From NCBI GenBank assembly GCA_045540755.1, contig JAZQHV010000073.1, positions 2,434-66,433 of the forward strand: a DNA stretch of 64,000 bases, in the 5' to 3' direction. Of this stretch, positions 62,225 through 64,000 are shown piece by piece (within the stretch, counting starts at the first letter, position 1; every line of letters starts with the position of its first letter). Source of the stretch: Eubacteriales bacterium. Lineage in GTDB: Bacteria; Bacillota; Clostridia; Oscillospirales; CAG-272. The position numbers were made by a program, and so were the translations under genes. The notes beneath the pieces are model-generated. The model did not search any database. It saw only the letters and a program-made list of their open reading frames with translations, and was not told the origin of the DNA.

Positions 62225-62341
62225 ACTGCTCTCCTTGTTTCGAAGTATATATTTATGATAGCACCATTTTAAGGGAAACACAAGAGACAAATGTAACGTT
62301 ATTTTTACAAAAAGAAAGATATCGACCTTTCTTTCGCCTAC

Positions 62342-62378
62342 AAAAAAGCGTTTCCTTGGAATACGGAAACGCTTTTTT
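62342..62378 (-). terminator. intrinsic terminator after the amino-acid ABC ATPase gene
   Basis: AAAAAAGCGTTTCC-loop-GGAAACGCTTTTTT. Confidence 0.8.
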
Positions 62379-62380
62379 GA

Positions 62381-63121
62381 TCAGTTGTTCATGAATCTTG
62401 CAAGGAACTCGCGGGTAGCAACATTCTGCGGATTGCCAAAAATGTCGCCGGGTGTGCCGTCCTCACAGATAACGCCGTCCTTCATGAAGACAACGCGGGA
62501 GGAAACGTCTCTTGCAAACGCCATCTCGTGCGTAACGATCAGCATGGTCATACCGCTACTCGCAAGGTCGCGCATAACGGAGAGTACCTCGCCGACCATT
62601 TGCGGGTCGAGTGCCGAGGTCGGCTCGTCAAAGAGCAGAATCTCGGGATCCATCGCCAGCGCACGCGCGATGGCGACACGCTGCTTCATACCGCCCGAAA
62701 GCTGTGCGGGCTTTGCCTTGATATAGGGATCCATACCGACCTGCGTGAGAAAGCGCATAGCGTTTTCGCGCGCTTCTTCCTTAGAGCGTTTGAGTACCTT
62801 GGTCTGTCCAATCATGCAGTTGTCCAGAACGGACATGTTCTCAAACAGGTTGAAGGACTGGAACACCATACCTACCTTGGAGCGGTAGGAGGCGGGATTC
62901 ACGCTCTTGTCAGTGATATCCTTGCCGTGGTAGAGGATCTCACCCGAGGTAGGCTCCTCAAGGAGATTGATGCAACGCAAAAGCGTGGACTTGCCCGAAC
63001 CGGAGGCGCCGATGATGGTCGTTACGTCACCGGGGCAAACGTGAAAGTCAATGTCTTTCAGTACCTCATGCGCACCGAAGGACTTGGAAAGATGCTTTAT
63101 TTCGAGAATCGATTCGCTCAT
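62381..63121 (-). CDS. polar amino-acid ABC transporter, ATP-binding protein (GlnQ/ArtP type)
   Basis: Walker [10 protein letters not shown], signature [15 protein letters not shown], Walker [13 protein letters not shown]. Confidence 0.9.
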   Translation of the reverse strand: MSESILEIKHLSKSFGAHEVLKDIDFHVCPGDVTTIIGASGSGKSTLLRCINLLEEPTSGEILYHGKDITDKSVNPASYRSKVGMVFQSFNLFENMSVLDNCMIGQTKVLKRSKEEARENAMRFLTQVGMDPYIKAKPAQLSGGMKQRVAIARALAMDPEILLFDEPTSALDPQMVGEVLSVMRDLASSGMTMLIVTHEMAFARDVSSRVVFMKDGVICEDGTPGDIFGNPQNVATREFLARFMNN

Positions 63122-63918
63122 CGGAAGTCCTCCTTTTTCTTCTCTTTTGCACGGAAGTTATAGGTACCGCTGGTCAGCGCAAGTGTGTCCTTGGTGGCAA
63201 GGTCGTAGCTTGCGTCGCCGCCGAGTTTTTTCTCCAGTTTGCGGAGCAGTACCGAGGTCACCATCGTCATCGTGAGGTAGATCACCATGACGATCGTTGC
63301 CGATTCGAAGAAGGTATACAGCGCGCCTGCGGCACTCTTGTGTACAAAGAACAGGTCGGTGATCGAGATAACCGAAAGCACCGAGGTATCCTTGATGTTG
63401 ATGATAAAGTTGTTGCCGATCTGCGGAATGATCACGCGGAAGGTCTGCGGCAGGATGACGTGGAGCATGGTCTGCACGTGGGTCATACCGATCGCCTTTG
63501 CGCCCTCGGTCTGTCCGATGTCAATGGACATGATACCGCCGCGCACGGTCTCTGCCATATACGCACCGGTGTTGATGGAGACGATAAAGAACGCCGACGT
63601 CCACATACCCATGCTGATACCAAACAGCATACGCGCACCGTAATAGATAAACACCGCCTGCACGATCATCGGCGTACCGCGGAACAACTCAACGTATGCG
63701 CGGAGAATGGCACGGACAATTGCCAGAAATACGCGCTTCAGCATGGAATCGCGTTTTTTATCTACGGGAATGGTCTGCACGATACCGACGAGAAAGCCGA
63801 TCACACAGCCAAAAAACGTGCCTACAAGTGAAATGAGCAAAGTGGTGCCCGCACCCGTAAGATATGTCATGCCATAGCGGCTTAACAGTTCCGCTATGTT
63901 TTCAAAAAAGGAAGGCAT
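63118..63918 (-). CDS. polar amino-acid ABC transporter permease (HisM/GlnP type)
   Basis: AAAGGAGAAA RBS. 4-nt overlap with the ATPase gene. EAA-like loop ...[27 protein letters not shown]. Confidence 0.85.
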   Translation of the reverse strand: MPSFFENIAELLSRYGMTYLTGAGTTLLISLVGTFFGCVIGFLVGIVQTIPVDKKRDSMLKRVFLAIVRAILRAYVELFRGTPMIVQAVFIYYGARMLFGISMGMWTSAFFIVSINTGAYMAETVRGGIMSIDIGQTEGAKAIGMTHVQTMLHVILPQTFRVIIPQIGNNFIINIKDTSVLSVISITDLFFVHKSAAGALYTFFESATIVMVIYLTMTMVTSVLLRKLEKKLGGDASYDLATKDTLALTSGTYNFRAKEKKKEDFR

Positions 63919-63942
63919 TTGTTTCTCCTTTAAAACGCCAGA

Positions 63943-63969
63943 AAATGACGGGGAATCTCCCCGTCATTT
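63943..63969 (-). terminator. hairpin (attenuator/terminator) between an upstream gene off the right edge and the permease gene
   Basis: AAATGACGGGGA-atc-TCCCCGTCATTT. Only an interrupted T-run follows on the minus strand. Confidence 0.35.
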
Positions 63970-64000
63970 CTTGGTAAGTGTGTGTTAGTCAGCGAGAGGC

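Noticed and set aside
63985-64000. Possible 3' end (…PLAD-stop) of another minus-strand gene, presumably the amino-acid SBP, at the right edge.
   Set aside because: Only about 5 codons are visible, which is too short to support a call. The hairpin at 63943-63969 is consistent with a gene ending here, but that is all.
1-64000. rRNA, tRNA, tmRNA, CRISPR arrays, IS elements, transposases, toxin-antitoxin pairs and recognisable defence systems.
   Set aside because: Intergenic regions are short (mostly under 200 nt) and are accounted for by promoters, terminators and one riboswitch. No ORF shows transposase, integrase, Cas or restriction-modification motifs, and no spaced direct-repeat array was seen.

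Overview
This 64-kb window comes from a moderately GC-rich Gram-positive anaerobe. It looks Clostridia-like: GGAGG-type RBSs, TTGnnn-17-TGnTAnnnT promoters, and SLH, dockerin and Cu-amine-oxidase-N1 'stalk' anchoring modules. I call 42 protein-coding genes (one truncated at the left edge), one preQ1-I riboswitch, about 14 intrinsic terminators and about 15 promoter-like elements. I saw no rRNA, tRNA, CRISPR, transposase or integrase. Layout: (i) 1-6.5 kb holds housekeeping and membrane genes: a PlsC-like acyltransferase, a Na+-decarboxylase beta subunit, an S1-domain protein and a cytidylate-kinase-like protein. (ii) 6.5-20.1 kb is a duplicated AraC-controlled cassette of secreted GH78 alpha-L-rhamnosidases carrying a dockerin-like tag, plus one large cytoplasmic glycosidase. 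(iii) 20.1-23.4 kb holds ImmA-like protease, esterase, 2-hydroxyacid dehydrogenase and threonine-aldolase-like genes. (iv) 23.4-26.8 kb is an orphan CpsC/CpsD/CpsB tyrosine-kinase module co-transcribed with a DMT transporter. (v) 28.1-34.8 kb is an AraC-controlled operon: two TIM-barrel isomerase-like proteins, a CE15-like esterase, a Gfo/Idh/MocA oxidoreductase, UxuA and UxuB. (vi) 34.8-37.5 kb holds an M14 peptidase and fhs. (vii) 37.5-53.2 kb is a tandem array of four giant secreted paralogues (beta-helix modules plus a GH43 core) that differ in their C-terminal surface anchor. (viii) 53.3-60.7 kb holds riboswitch-controlled queT, an AraC regulator, and an M20 amidohydrolase co-transcribed with a fifth giant protein that reuses the same beta-helix module four times and ends in a VanY/M15B peptidase plus a dockerin. 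(ix) 60.8-64 kb holds ABC-transporter components. The most unusual content is the modular giant-protein family, which occupies about 20 kb (a third of the window). Next are a BY-kinase with a hyper-expanded Gly/Tyr/Arg tail, a one-loop dockerin-like tag shared by three enzymes, and a mannonate operon with an oxidoreductase/TIM-barrel front end. All family assignments come from motif recognition by eye. No database search or computation was run.
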